DNA from: Cyanobacteria bacterium P01_D01_bin.156
GTDB lineage: Bacteria > Cyanobacteriota > Cyanobacteriia > Phormidesmidales > Phormidesmidaceae
Length of the DNA: 64,000 nt
Assembly: GCA_039024555.1 (NCBI GenBank)
Contig: JBCCQQ010000006.1
Coordinates: 32,001 to 96,000 of the forward strand
Direction of reading: 5' to 3'
Part shown: piece by piece, positions 10,398 through 20,104 of the stretch
Layout of the letters: each line of letters starts with the position of its first letter
Position numbering within the stretch: position 1 is the first letter of the stretch
Made by a program: the position numbers and the translations under genes
The notes under the pieces: generated by a model
The model's database searches: none
The model's input: only the letters and a program-made list of their open reading frames with translations
Told to the model about the DNA's origin: nothing

Positions 10398-12986
10398 TTA
10401 AATGTCAATTGACCAGCGTTTATGATCAGCAAGTAACTGGGTTGCTTGCTCCATGGGAACAGGTTTAGAGAAGAAATACCCTTGGGCATAGTGGCATTGC
10501 AATCCCTTTAGGAGAAATGCCTGTTCAATGGTCTCCACCCCCTCAGCAACGATATCCAACTTAAGGCGATGAGCTAAGGCAACGATGGTACCGACAATAT
10601 CCTCATTTTCATTATTGGTTTCCATATGGTCAACAAATGATTTATCAATTTTGAGACAGTCGATAGGCAAGCGGTGAAGATAACTTAGAGATGAATAGCC
10701 AGTACCAAAATCATCTAAGCTAATGTGCAATCCTGCTTTTTTAAGCTGGCTGAGCTGCTGAATAGCTGACTCTACATTCTCCATTGCTACACTTTCCGTC
10801 AGTTCTAATTTGAGACCACGGGGGTCGAGTTGATACTTTTGCACTACATCGGCAATTGTTGTTGCTAAATCCCGTTGTACAAATTGACGGCTGGAAAGAT
10901 TTATACCAACAAAGAGTGGCTGGCCCTTAGGAAACATTTGCTGCCACTGTTTTACTTGATAACAAGCTTCATTGAGAATCCATTCTCCCATAGCTAAAAT
11001 TAGCCCGGTGTCTTCCGCAAGCCCGATAAAATCATTAGGTGGCACTAAACCACGTTCAGGATGTTGCCATCGAATTAAGGCTTCAAATCCGGCAATTTCA
11101 CCTGTGTTGAGGTCTATAACCGGTTGATAGTAAAGCTGAAATTGCTTACCCTCTCCTGCATAACGTAGCTCCATTTCTAACTGAAATTGAGAAACTGAAT
11201 GGGTCCGCATATTTTCATTAAAGACCTCATGACAGTCACGCCCCTTCTTCTTTGCTTTACCAAGGGCACGGTGAGCGTCTTGCAATAGAGCATGGGCAGA
11301 ATAGCCTTGGCCTTTAGAATGTAAAGCAATACCGATGCTGATAGTGGCCCTGACGGATTGATCGTTAATTTGGATAGTTTCTGATAAACCGTTACGTACA
11401 CGCTTTGTTAGGGTAATCGCCTCTTGGGTATGGGTAATTGATGGCAGGATTGCGGTAAATTGGTCTCCGCCTACTCTAGCAACTGACGCTTCAGGCATAT
11501 GGTACAGAATGCGTCCAGCGATAATCTGTAACAGTTGGTCAGCTACTTTAGCACCTAAACTCTCATTTACAGCTTTAAAGAGATCTAAATCAATCAGCAA
11601 TAAAGCAACCATCGGCTGTCGGAGACTTTGCTGATTGAGATGGTGTTGAAGACGTTTTAGGCTGGAAAATCGATTGGGTAAACAGGTGAGTGGATCATAG
11701 AAGGTGCGATAAAAAACCTGGTAGGCAATTGTAAAACTCACGGCTAGGGCAAAGCCTATTGCTGGAGGTGTAATGGGAATCCAACCACCAAGGAAAAATA
11801 GTCCCCATCCAATACTCATCAATGCCAGCATTGCGATCGCACTGACCACAATCAAATCAAATAGCCGTTGAATATGCCAGGTTAAAACCCCACCGGCAAG
11901 ACACCAAGCAATGATCCACCCCTTTTCCTGCCACTGGGACCAGCTCCAAATTAAAGAATATTCTCCTTTTACAACCGACAAAATTTGATCAACAGCTTGG
12001 GCATGAATCACCACTCCAGGAGTTACCGGTGCTGAGCGTCTAGCTGTATTAAACGGCGTAAAAAAAGTGTCTTTAACACTGGGTGCTACAGTGCCCACTA
12101 AAACTACCTTGTTTCTGAACCAGTCAGGCTGAACGTTCCCATCCAAGACATCTCTCAAGGAGACTTGGCGAATCACTTCCTTTCTAGCTCGATACTGCAG
12201 CATGACCTGATAGCCTCCCATGTCTTCATCGTGATAGCCTCCCATGTCGGCCGAGAGGGTGGGAAAGAGTTTCCCCGCAATATTTATCCCTGACGCACTG
12301 GGCTGGAAAACATCTGGGCCATAGCGATCGCGTAAAACATGAAGACTTAATCGTAAACTCAGAGCATAAAATTCATTCGGTTCAAGGGATGCAAACATGA
12401 AATGGCGACGGATTATCCCATCAGCATCGGCAACAAAGTCTGCAAATCCAACACGTTCGAGAGGCATCTCCACGGGAGCTGGACTGTTGCGATCCGGGTC
12501 GATACCGACATCGTACACACCATAAACATTCTCAACCGCTAGCTGTTGAAGTAGTTCGTCTCGGCCAGGAGGATGTTCAATATCGCGATATATATCCAAA
12601 CCAATGGCGGCTGGTTGATAGGTTTGTAATTGCGCAAGCAAGGCTGCTACCGTAGCATCACTTAAAGGCCAGTTGTTGTAATAACGAATGTCAGCCTCGG
12701 TAATACCTACCACGACGACATCAGCAGCCTTCTCACTAATCGCATGATGACGTACCTGTCGGTCAAAAGTTTTTAATTCCAAGCCCTGGAACCCACCTAC
12801 CTGGCGAATACTAATGATAAGTAGGGCCATCAGAAGACCGATTAAAATATATCCATACCGTTGCAACTGTCGCCATAACCAAAGTTGCAGCGAACGAAAA
12901 GTACCTCTATGAACGTTACCGAAGCGCAATGGTTCCCCCCCAATAATTAGGCAGCTAAATGAATTCAGAGCGACGAACAATTGCAC
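10398..12986 (-). CDS. CHASE2 - TM - GGDEF(GGDQF) - EAL protein, probable c-di-GMP phosphodiesterase
   Basis: CHASE2 motifs (AIGLDIYRD, DADGIIRR, PGVVIHA), three TM helices, GGDQF, FEALIRW, DDFGTGYSS; exact start uncertain. Confidence 0.88.
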   Translation of the reverse strand: MQLFVALNSFSCLIIGGEPLRFGNVHRGTFRSLQLWLWRQLQRYGYILIGLLMALLIISIRQVGGFQGLELKTFDRQVRHHAISEKAADVVVVGITEADIRYYNNWPLSDATVAALLAQLQTYQPAAIGLDIYRDIEHPPGRDELLQQLAVENVYGVYDVGIDPDRNSPAPVEMPLERVGFADFVADADGIIRRHFMFASLEPNEFYALSLRLSLHVLRDRYGPDVFQPSASGINIAGKLFPTLSADMGGYHDEDMGGYQVMLQYRARKEVIRQVSLRDVLDGNVQPDWFRNKVVLVGTVAPSVKDTFFTPFNTARRSAPVTPGVVIHAQAVDQILSVVKGEYSLIWSWSQWQEKGWIIAWCLAGGVLTWHIQRLFDLIVVSAIAMLALMSIGWGLFFLGGWIPITPPAIGFALAVSFTIAYQVFYRTFYDPLTCLPNRFSSLKRLQHHLNQQSLRQPMVALLLIDLDLFKAVNESLGAKVADQLLQIIAGRILYHMPEASVARVGGDQFTAILPSITHTQEAITLTKRVRNGLSETIQINDQSVRATISIGIALHSKGQGYSAHALLQDAHRALGKAKKKGRDCHEVFNENMRTHSVSQFQLEMELRYAGEGKQFQLYYQPVIDLNTGEIAGFEALIRWQHPERGLVPPNDFIGLAEDTGLILAMGEWILNEACYQVKQWQQMFPKGQPLFVGINLSSRQFVQRDLATTIADVVQKYQLDPRGLKLELTESVAMENVESAIQQLSQLKKAGLHISLDDFGTGYSSLSYLHRLPIDCLKIDKSFVDHMETNNENEDIVGTIVALAHRLKLDIVAEGVETIEQAFLLKGLQCHYAQGYFFSKPVPMEQATQLLADHKRWSIDI

Positions 12987-13087
12987 GGGTAACCATGCTT
13001 ACCAAGGATTCCCAATCAGAGCTAAACCAGACCAATTGATTAGACAACTGGAGCTCTAATGATTATTAATTTCTAAATTAGCGAAAT

Positions 13088-13175
13088 GGCGCTGCTGATC
13101 CTCGGGATAATTTTAGTTCTCCAATTCTGAATCTTGCAAAAATTTGCGGATCGTTTTGTGCCCTAAGTCTGCAAT
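13088..13175 (-). mobile_element. ~87-bp dispersed element, copy 2
   Basis: GGCGCTGCTGATCCTCGGGATAATTTT matches the reverse complement of the conserved end of copies 1, 4 and 5; far end CCCTAAGTCTGCAA. Confidence 0.7.
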
Positions 13176-13316
13176 TGTAGGTAAATAGTCAAGTATTGTT
13201 CGTTGGGTGTTGTACACACCAATGAGTCAGACATAGCATATACAGAATCTTCCAGATGAATTCAGACCAATGTTGAGCCTGACAATTTGCTCAGCTCGTT
13301 TTGAGGTATGGAGTAG

Positions 13317-16151
13317 TTACTCCTCAGGTTGAATGTTCACACCATCGCAGAGTTGACGATCGCCATCCTCGATTAGTTGATTTGTTCCCAAATAGTCATC
13401 GACTACCTGACAGGCACTACCCATTAAGTTGTTTAGGGTCAGATCGGCCAAACCCCATACAATTACCTGATCATCAGCTCCTGCGGATACTAAAGACATG
13501 TTGCTAGGGGTAAACTCAAGGCTATTAATTCTGTTTTTGTAATTAATGAGGGAGAGTAGTGGGGTTAGCTGAGTTTTATCCACGGTCCACATATTAATGT
13601 GATTATCTGCATCAATAGCGGCCAGGTATTGACCATTATTACTAAATTGAATGCGATTAAAGGTGGTCTCATTGCGAATAATCGTTTGCTGTTTTCCGTT
13701 TATGCTCCATAGGCGGAGTGAATTGTCATCACTACCGGTAGCCAGAATTGGCTCCACATCTTGCGATGAGCTGAAGCTGACAGGGTTAAAGCTAAAGGAT
13801 TGAATTGTATCGTCATGGGTGATATTAGTGACGGCGTTCTCATTACCTTCGTTGTTAAGGTGCCATATTTTTAGCGTGTTTCCCCGAGGCAAAATAGCAA
13901 TATGTTGACCGTCGGGACTGAAGCGAACTTTTTGGATGGGAGGTCGTTGAGCTGTTTCAGCATTTGTAACATCGGGTAGGGGCTTAACTTGCTGACCATC
14001 TGTAGATGATACTAAATAAACCTCCGGGCCACTGGCGACCAGCAGCATGGTGCCATCTGGACTGATATCCACACTGTTGATTGGTTTTGGATAGGTCCAC
14101 GTTTTTTTATTTTTGCCAGTCAACGTTTGTAAATGAATGTTGTTGCCACTGGCAATGGCAATTATCTCTTCGGTGCTTTCTTCAGTGTTATTTGGCTTAG
14201 GGCCAATGCTTAGATCGCTGAGAGATTCTTTGAATGACCAGGATTGTATGGGTTGGCCATCTTGGGTCCAGAGTTGAAGCTTTGAACCAATGGTGGTGAC
14301 TACTTTTGAGCCATCACCATTAAAGCTAAGCTGATTAGCAGTTCCTTGATAAAGGGGCGGAGTAATAACGTCTTGCCCCTGTCGCCAGAGATGAATCTCG
14401 TTGTCGCGACTGGCAATGACCAGCGTTTTTCCATCTGGGCTAAAGATCGCGTCTACGGTATCTCGCTCTTGGACAAATGGCTGAGCTTTTTGGTTGTCTA
14501 AATTCCATACAGTAATGCGTCTAGAGCTATCAGTTGTGATGATATGCTGCCCATCGGGGCTAAAGCGAATGCTGTTGACCCAATCGTAGTGGGGGAGGCT
14601 GTGTAGTTTTTTCCCATCCATAGTCCATAGCTGAACGGATCTATTACCTGCGGCTGCAATTATCGGGGGCTGACCTGGCCGATCAGGGCTAAAGCGAACC
14701 ATATTGACCCAATTGTCGTTAGGCATATTCTGGAGCATTTCTCCGTCCAGGTTCCAGAGCTGGGTTGCTTGGCGGGTAGCCGTTAGCAGGTTTTTCCCGT
14801 CGTTACTAAACTGAACACTATTAACCCAGTCTGAATGAGGGAAACGATGAATGATCTCTCCATCTAGGTTAACAAGTAGCACTTGCCGATGTGTTGCGAT
14901 CGCAAGCTGATTACCATCTGGGCTAAAGCTCACATCTTTGGTCTTATCGTCAAATGTTTGCGAGCTTACTAGCGTGCCATCTAGCGCCCATAGATTAACC
15001 GTCTGGTCTGTGCTAGCTGAAGCCAGGGTGTTACCATCTGGGCTAAACACCACACTTGTAACAGAGTTACTGTGGCCCTCTAGGGTATGTAGCAAGTTGC
15101 CCTGCATATCCCAGAGTCGCACCGTATGGTCACGGCTGGCAGAAGCAATGGTCTGCCCATCGGGACTCATAGCCAAACGATTCACATCATTGGTATGGCC
15201 CCTCAGGCGGTTATGTTCTCGCCAGCCATCTTCATAAATAGCCGCCTGTAGTGCGGTCAATACGCGACTGTGGGTGTTAGCATCTGCTCGATTGAGCTGT
15301 TTGCGCAATTGCTGGCCTGCTCGTAGCGCTTCTAGTAAGGCATCAAAGGGTTTACCCGATTCTGTTAGGGATAGAGAATAGCGGCTAAGGGCATTGATTT
15401 GGCTTTGTTGGACGGTCTCAATTTGGCGCTTTTGGTTAACGGCAAAGATAGCCAACCCGGCCATAACAACAGTTGCTACCATGGCCCCTAATACCACCCG
15501 TCGAGCGTGTCGAAGTTCCTGTTGTTGTTCTTGTTGTTCTTCTTTGAACAAACGATCTCGTAGTGCTTGGCTAGCTTGAATAAAAGCTATCTGCAGGGGG
15601 GTGGGTATGGGCTGTTTCGTCTCAACCAGTTCCTGCTGCAACCAGTTATTGGCCTGGGTTAACTCACTACCGCGTAATAAGATATCATCGGTTTTATCTT
15701 TGTTTGTCCACTCGATTGCCTTGACCAGCAGTTTGGTGTGGGTTTTTACGTGGTCTAAATCTGTATTGAGTGTTTCTACCAATGAGTTAAATGCCGTATC
15801 AAAGTCATTTTGCTCTTGGAAAAATAGCCAGTTTGCCTTGCCTAATTCTGGATGTACTATTTCCATGTCGAACCCTTCTCGGCGCACGATGGGGACTAAT
15901 CGTTTGTTGTGTTCGACGGCGTGGTCAATTTCTTGCCCGCAGACCTTAGAGGAAATTGAGTCTGGGCTGATTACAAAAATAAACGTATCAGCGGCTTCAA
16001 TTCCGGTTTGAATTTCTGCCCACCAGTCCGCTGTTAGGGGAATATCTTCCCAATCTACCCAGGAGTCATAGTTGCTCTTTTCCAGAGCCTTGTGGAGCAC
16101 CTTTACAAAGGTCTTATCTTTGCGGGAGTAGGAGATGAAGACGTCAGTCAT
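13317..16151 (-). CDS. TIR / transmembrane / WD40-repeat protein
   Basis: MTDVFISYSRKD TIR start, LLRGSEL helical block, TM segment VVLGAMVATVVMAGLAIFAV, WD40 repeats. Confidence 0.87.
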   Translation of the reverse strand: MTDVFISYSRKDKTFVKVLHKALEKSNYDSWVDWEDIPLTADWWAEIQTGIEAADTFIFVISPDSISSKVCGQEIDHAVEHNKRLVPIVRREGFDMEIVHPELGKANWLFFQEQNDFDTAFNSLVETLNTDLDHVKTHTKLLVKAIEWTNKDKTDDILLRGSELTQANNWLQQELVETKQPIPTPLQIAFIQASQALRDRLFKEEQQEQQQELRHARRVVLGAMVATVVMAGLAIFAVNQKRQIETVQQSQINALSRYSLSLTESGKPFDALLEALRAGQQLRKQLNRADANTHSRVLTALQAAIYEDGWREHNRLRGHTNDVNRLAMSPDGQTIASASRDHTVRLWDMQGNLLHTLEGHSNSVTSVVFSPDGNTLASASTDQTVNLWALDGTLVSSQTFDDKTKDVSFSPDGNQLAIATHRQVLLVNLDGEIIHRFPHSDWVNSVQFSNDGKNLLTATRQATQLWNLDGEMLQNMPNDNWVNMVRFSPDRPGQPPIIAAAGNRSVQLWTMDGKKLHSLPHYDWVNSIRFSPDGQHIITTDSSRRITVWNLDNQKAQPFVQERDTVDAIFSPDGKTLVIASRDNEIHLWRQGQDVITPPLYQGTANQLSFNGDGSKVVTTIGSKLQLWTQDGQPIQSWSFKESLSDLSIGPKPNNTEESTEEIIAIASGNNIHLQTLTGKNKKTWTYPKPINSVDISPDGTMLLVASGPEVYLVSSTDGQQVKPLPDVTNAETAQRPPIQKVRFSPDGQHIAILPRGNTLKIWHLNNEGNENAVTNITHDDTIQSFSFNPVSFSSSQDVEPILATGSDDNSLRLWSINGKQQTIIRNETTFNRIQFSNNGQYLAAIDADNHINMWTVDKTQLTPLLSLINYKNRINSLEFTPSNMSLVSAGADDQVIVWGLADLTLNNLMGSACQVVDDYLGTNQLIEDGDRQLCDGVNIQPEE

Positions 16152-16491
16152 GGCTGAGGCATGGGAATGAGGGAAGGTTCCAATAATGTGCTTCAAAGAC
16201 TGGCACGATTATTTCGAAAATGCCGGTGCTGATCTAGGGCATAAAACGCGCCATAAGCCCCTGAACCCTGAGGTTGTCAACGATGTACGCTGGGCTATAA
16301 GTAGCAACGTCTTGATACTAGAGTTTGTGCAATCTGCCGAACGAATTAATCAGGCTACTCTAGTATGGACAGTTACCAAGTCCAACTCGCTAAGGGCTGG
16401 GTAAAACTTAGAAGCATGACCTTGTGCATTTAAATATCATGGCTTAACAAGCGTTTTAGGCTTAAACCGTGAAGTCGTTGCTTAACAGTTC

Positions 16492-18249
16492 CTAAGGTGG
16501 GGACATTGGCCGGGGATCTTGGCCCCAAGACTTAATGTGAGTTTTTCGCCACTGGGCATCGGCTTTACGATCTGTGCGAAATTCTAACACTCTTAAAGAT
16601 GACTGGTTGGTGAGGGCTAGCTCTTGAACTTTCTGGGTCAGCTGTTCCCAGGTTTGGATTAAAGTATGTTGGACACCATAGGCCTGACAGAGTTCTGAAA
16701 TATTCACTGTTTGGGGTGTGGCACAGTACTCCTCGAAGGGAGGTTCAAAGTTAGCAATCGGCAGCATTTCAAAGATACCGCCACCTTGATTGTTAATGAG
16801 GATCACAGTAAGCGAACCCTTTAGATGACGAGTGTTTAGCAAGCCATTGGTATCATGGAGAAAGGCCAGATCCCCGGTCAGCAAGAGACTATGTTGACTG
16901 TTGTGGGCAATCCCCATGGCAGTGGATAAGGTGCCATCAATACCGTTGGCACCTCGGCTAAAGTAGGGTTGAATATGTTGGTCGTTAGGCTGCCAGAAGG
17001 ATTCCATATCGCGAATGGGCATGCTGTTGGCGATCATTAGGGGTGTCCCTTCGGGAAGAGACTGGGAGAGTATCCAGGAGATCTTTCCTTCAAACGGAGT
17101 TTCAAGGGATTGAAAGGTGTGTGTAAGCTTTTGGCTGATGGCGCGATCGCAATCAATCCAATCTTGACAATATGCGCTCGTTTCACCAATGGGCTTTTCT
17201 GAGGCAATCAATTTCCCTAGGCACTCAACAGAGAGGGATAAACTTTGAGTTCTGCCATGGAGCGGGTCTAGGTTCAGGGCGTGGGGCATCACCTGATATG
17301 TGAGTGGCTGATGCTGAGATAGCCACTGTCGCAATGCCTTACTAGTGGGTAACGGCCCCAGCTGAATCACATACTCTGGAATCAGTTGCTCGGCAGTATG
17401 CCGCAATAAACTATCGTAGGTGCTGATTAAATACGGATTAAGAGATTGATAGTTTCGTAGTGGAGAAAGACTTTCTGCAAGGACTGGATACCCTAAGGTT
17501 TGTGATAGCTGCGCAACGGCACGACAGTATTTTTCCGGACTTTGAGGCTGAGCCGGACCTGCCACAATCAGTCCCCGTTCGCTGTTAACCCAGCGGCTTA
17601 CAAGGGATTTTGGAAGTAGGTCTGGGGTAATATTGCCGAGTATAGGAGGGACAACGGCGGAAAAAAACCTGTTTTCATCAAGCTGTAGAGCTGTGGAATC
17701 GGATAAAGGCGCTAGCGGATCTCTAAAGGGGCAGTTAATGTGAACGGGGCCTGCTGTGGGCAATAGCGCCTTGGTCCAGGTGTGTACCATGGTCTGGCGA
17801 GCATAGTGAAGCAGTGGGGATTCAGGGACGGCCATTTCTCCATAACTGTTGACAAATGCACCGTATAACTTTTGTTGATCGATGGTTTGTCCTGAGGCAC
17901 AGGCGTGCATTTCAGGAGGGCGATCTGCAGTCAAAACGATTAAGGGAACATGACTCTCTTTAGCTTCAATAATGGCCGGAAAAAAGTTAGCCCCCGCCGT
18001 ACCGGATGTGCAGACTAATACAACGGGCTGGTGCGATCGCTTAGCAACGCCTAATGCAAAAAATGCAGCTGAACGCTCATCTAAAATAGGAATCGCTTCA
18101 ATAGAGGGATGTCTTGCTAAGGCAAGGGTCAACGGTGTGGAACGGGAGCCTGGGCAGACCACCGCTGTTGTTAGTCCTAGACGATGCAGGGTTTCCACCA
18201 TAACCGACGCCCAGAGAGTATTTAAATTTCGGTAGTCTAACATGGTCAC
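16492..18249 (-). CDS. menD: SEPHCHC synthase (phylloquinone/menaquinone pathway)
   Basis: CPGSRSTPL, DERSAAFFALG, CTSGTA, RGANGIDG, GDLAFLHD and NNQGGGIF motifs. Confidence 0.95.
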   Translation of the reverse strand: MTMLDYRNLNTLWASVMVETLHRLGLTTAVVCPGSRSTPLTLALARHPSIEAIPILDERSAAFFALGVAKRSHQPVVLVCTSGTAGANFFPAIIEAKESHVPLIVLTADRPPEMHACASGQTIDQQKLYGAFVNSYGEMAVPESPLLHYARQTMVHTWTKALLPTAGPVHINCPFRDPLAPLSDSTALQLDENRFFSAVVPPILGNITPDLLPKSLVSRWVNSERGLIVAGPAQPQSPEKYCRAVAQLSQTLGYPVLAESLSPLRNYQSLNPYLISTYDSLLRHTAEQLIPEYVIQLGPLPTSKALRQWLSQHQPLTYQVMPHALNLDPLHGRTQSLSLSVECLGKLIASEKPIGETSAYCQDWIDCDRAISQKLTHTFQSLETPFEGKISWILSQSLPEGTPLMIANSMPIRDMESFWQPNDQHIQPYFSRGANGIDGTLSTAMGIAHNSQHSLLLTGDLAFLHDTNGLLNTRHLKGSLTVILINNQGGGIFEMLPIANFEPPFEEYCATPQTVNISELCQAYGVQHTLIQTWEQLTQKVQELALTNQSSLRVLEFRTDRKADAQWRKTHIKSWGQDPRPMSPP

Positions 18250-19673
18250 ACGAGTGTTCCCAATAGTGCTTGGAGCTTGAGTTTCACTTCGGCGAGTTCA
18301 CGACTCGGATCGGACTGCGCAACAATACCTGCCCCAGCAAACAGTCTTGCCTGGCGATAGTCGATCAGGGCCGAACGGATACCTACAATGAATTCACTAT
18401 TGCCATTGGCATCGATCCAACCCAGGGGAGCGGCATAAAGTTCTCGATCAAAGGATTCTGTTGTTTGAATTAATTGACTTGCTGTAGGTCTTGGTAAGCC
18501 AGCGACTGCGGGGGTAGGGTGTAATCTCTTAACCAGAGCTAATGGGGTAAATCCCTTAGGTAGCAGGGCTTTAATGGGGGTGTGCAAATGTTGAATATTA
18601 GCTAGGCGAAGGAGTTTTGGATGACTATCGAGCAAAGGCTGAAGTCCAAACCGGTTAAGCTGTTCTGCAATAAAGTCAACAACAACTTGATGTTCGTAGC
18701 GCTCCTTTGGGTTATTGAGTAGCTGCTGGCCGATAGCCTGATCTATAGAAGATGTTTCTCCACGAGCGGCAGAACCTGCTAATGCATCCGTTGTCAGAAC
18801 TTTATCGTCACCAGCTGATTGAATGCTCAATAGTCTTTCTGGACTAGCCCCGATAAAGACAGGGCCATTACCATTGCTGATGGAGAAAACACAGCAATCA
18901 GGGTGAGCTTCCCCCAGAGCCTTTAAAGAGGCTGGGATATTAAACGGTCTGCTGGACAGTACGTCGAGGGCATCTGCAAGAACAACTTTATAGAGATGAT
19001 GTTTTTGGAGGGTTGGGAGAACACTCCTGACCATTTGTTCAAAATTTCCAACATCTCTAATCACTTTTGGAGCCTTAGGAAGAGCTGGCAGAGCTTCTGG
19101 ACTGTTCTGATTGATTTCTGCAGCTGAGTTCTCGATGCTTTGCAGCTGTTGTCGGATGTCGTCAACCAGGCGATTAATGTTGGTGTCATCATCAATGAGA
19201 CAGTTTAAGCTAGCGGTGGTTTCTCCATGATGTTGCACAATCTGTAGCTGGGGGATAAATACTTGGGCGGCCTTAAATCCGTTTTCTGAGGCAGATTGGT
19301 CAAAAAACGTGAAACTACAGAGAAAATAGGGCTTGATGGTTACAGTATTTAGGCTAGATGAAATGATGTGACGTTTCCAGACATCAATAAACTGTTGCAT
19401 GCGTTCAAACCGGTCAGCCCCTGCGGTTTGTTGGGTGATAGTAACTCCCAAGCCTAAAAGAGTATATTGGGTGGTCGAATAGTAAAAATGTATGGGATAA
19501 GCGGTTTCTAGTTGCTGTAATGCTTGCCAAGGCGCAATCGGGTCAATCGGGACTGTAATGTTTACAATCTTGGCATGCTGAGCCTGGGTTGCCTGTCGTT
19601 GGCAATCTGATAAAAATCCGTGGATTTCTTTATACCTTTTGAAGAGGCCAGACTGGTACGGTGCAACGGTCAT
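18246..19673 (-). CDS. menF: Isochorismate synthase
   Basis: KVVLA, GASPERL, ALAGS, KERYEH, LHPTPAVAG and AGAGIV motifs; stop overlaps the menD start. Confidence 0.92.
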   Translation of the reverse strand: MTVAPYQSGLFKRYKEIHGFLSDCQRQATQAQHAKIVNITVPIDPIAPWQALQQLETAYPIHFYYSTTQYTLLGLGVTITQQTAGADRFERMQQFIDVWKRHIISSSLNTVTIKPYFLCSFTFFDQSASENGFKAAQVFIPQLQIVQHHGETTASLNCLIDDDTNINRLVDDIRQQLQSIENSAAEINQNSPEALPALPKAPKVIRDVGNFEQMVRSVLPTLQKHHLYKVVLADALDVLSSRPFNIPASLKALGEAHPDCCVFSISNGNGPVFIGASPERLLSIQSAGDDKVLTTDALAGSAARGETSSIDQAIGQQLLNNPKERYEHQVVVDFIAEQLNRFGLQPLLDSHPKLLRLANIQHLHTPIKALLPKGFTPLALVKRLHPTPAVAGLPRPTASQLIQTTESFDRELYAAPLGWIDANGNSEFIVGIRSALIDYRQARLFAGAGIVAQSDPSRELAEVKLKLQALLGTLV

Positions 19674-20056
19674 AAATTGGGATTAAAAATGAGTTTAATT
19701 AATGAAATATTTCTACAGGTAACATACTTTTAGGTGTGTGAGCTAGCGGCTGTAAAGAGTCATGAATATTGGGATAGAGCACTGGTCAAGACGTCGATTT
19801 AGTGCTGACGATATTTATTTGCTAGGACGACTATTTAAATAGACATGAGGCTGTGGAAAAGATATGCCTTTTGATAGGTCATCGATAGCATAGGAAACTC
19901 TCAGGAGCTGTATAACTTCTGGCAGATCCCATCTTTTTGGGTCAAGTTAGCTATTGTGATTTGATACTGTCAGGGATATCTGTTGTTCTCAATCACCTAA
20001 CAGAAAGTGTGGAAACGATATCGGCTAGAGACTTTCGTTCCGATTGAGCGGTTGGG

Positions 20057-20086
20057 AAAAGAGTTTTAGCCTTGGCTAAAGGACTC
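20057..20086 (-). terminator. Intrinsic terminator downstream of flv
   Basis: Minus strand reads GAGTCCTTTAGCCAAGGCTAAAACTC (hairpin) followed by TTTT. Confidence 0.55.
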
Positions 20087-20104
20087 AATCACACCGAATT
20101 CGCC

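Noticed and set aside
12208..12248. 17-bp direct repeat in the CHASE2 gene
   Set aside because: Encodes the GGY...GGY pattern usual in CHASE2 domains.
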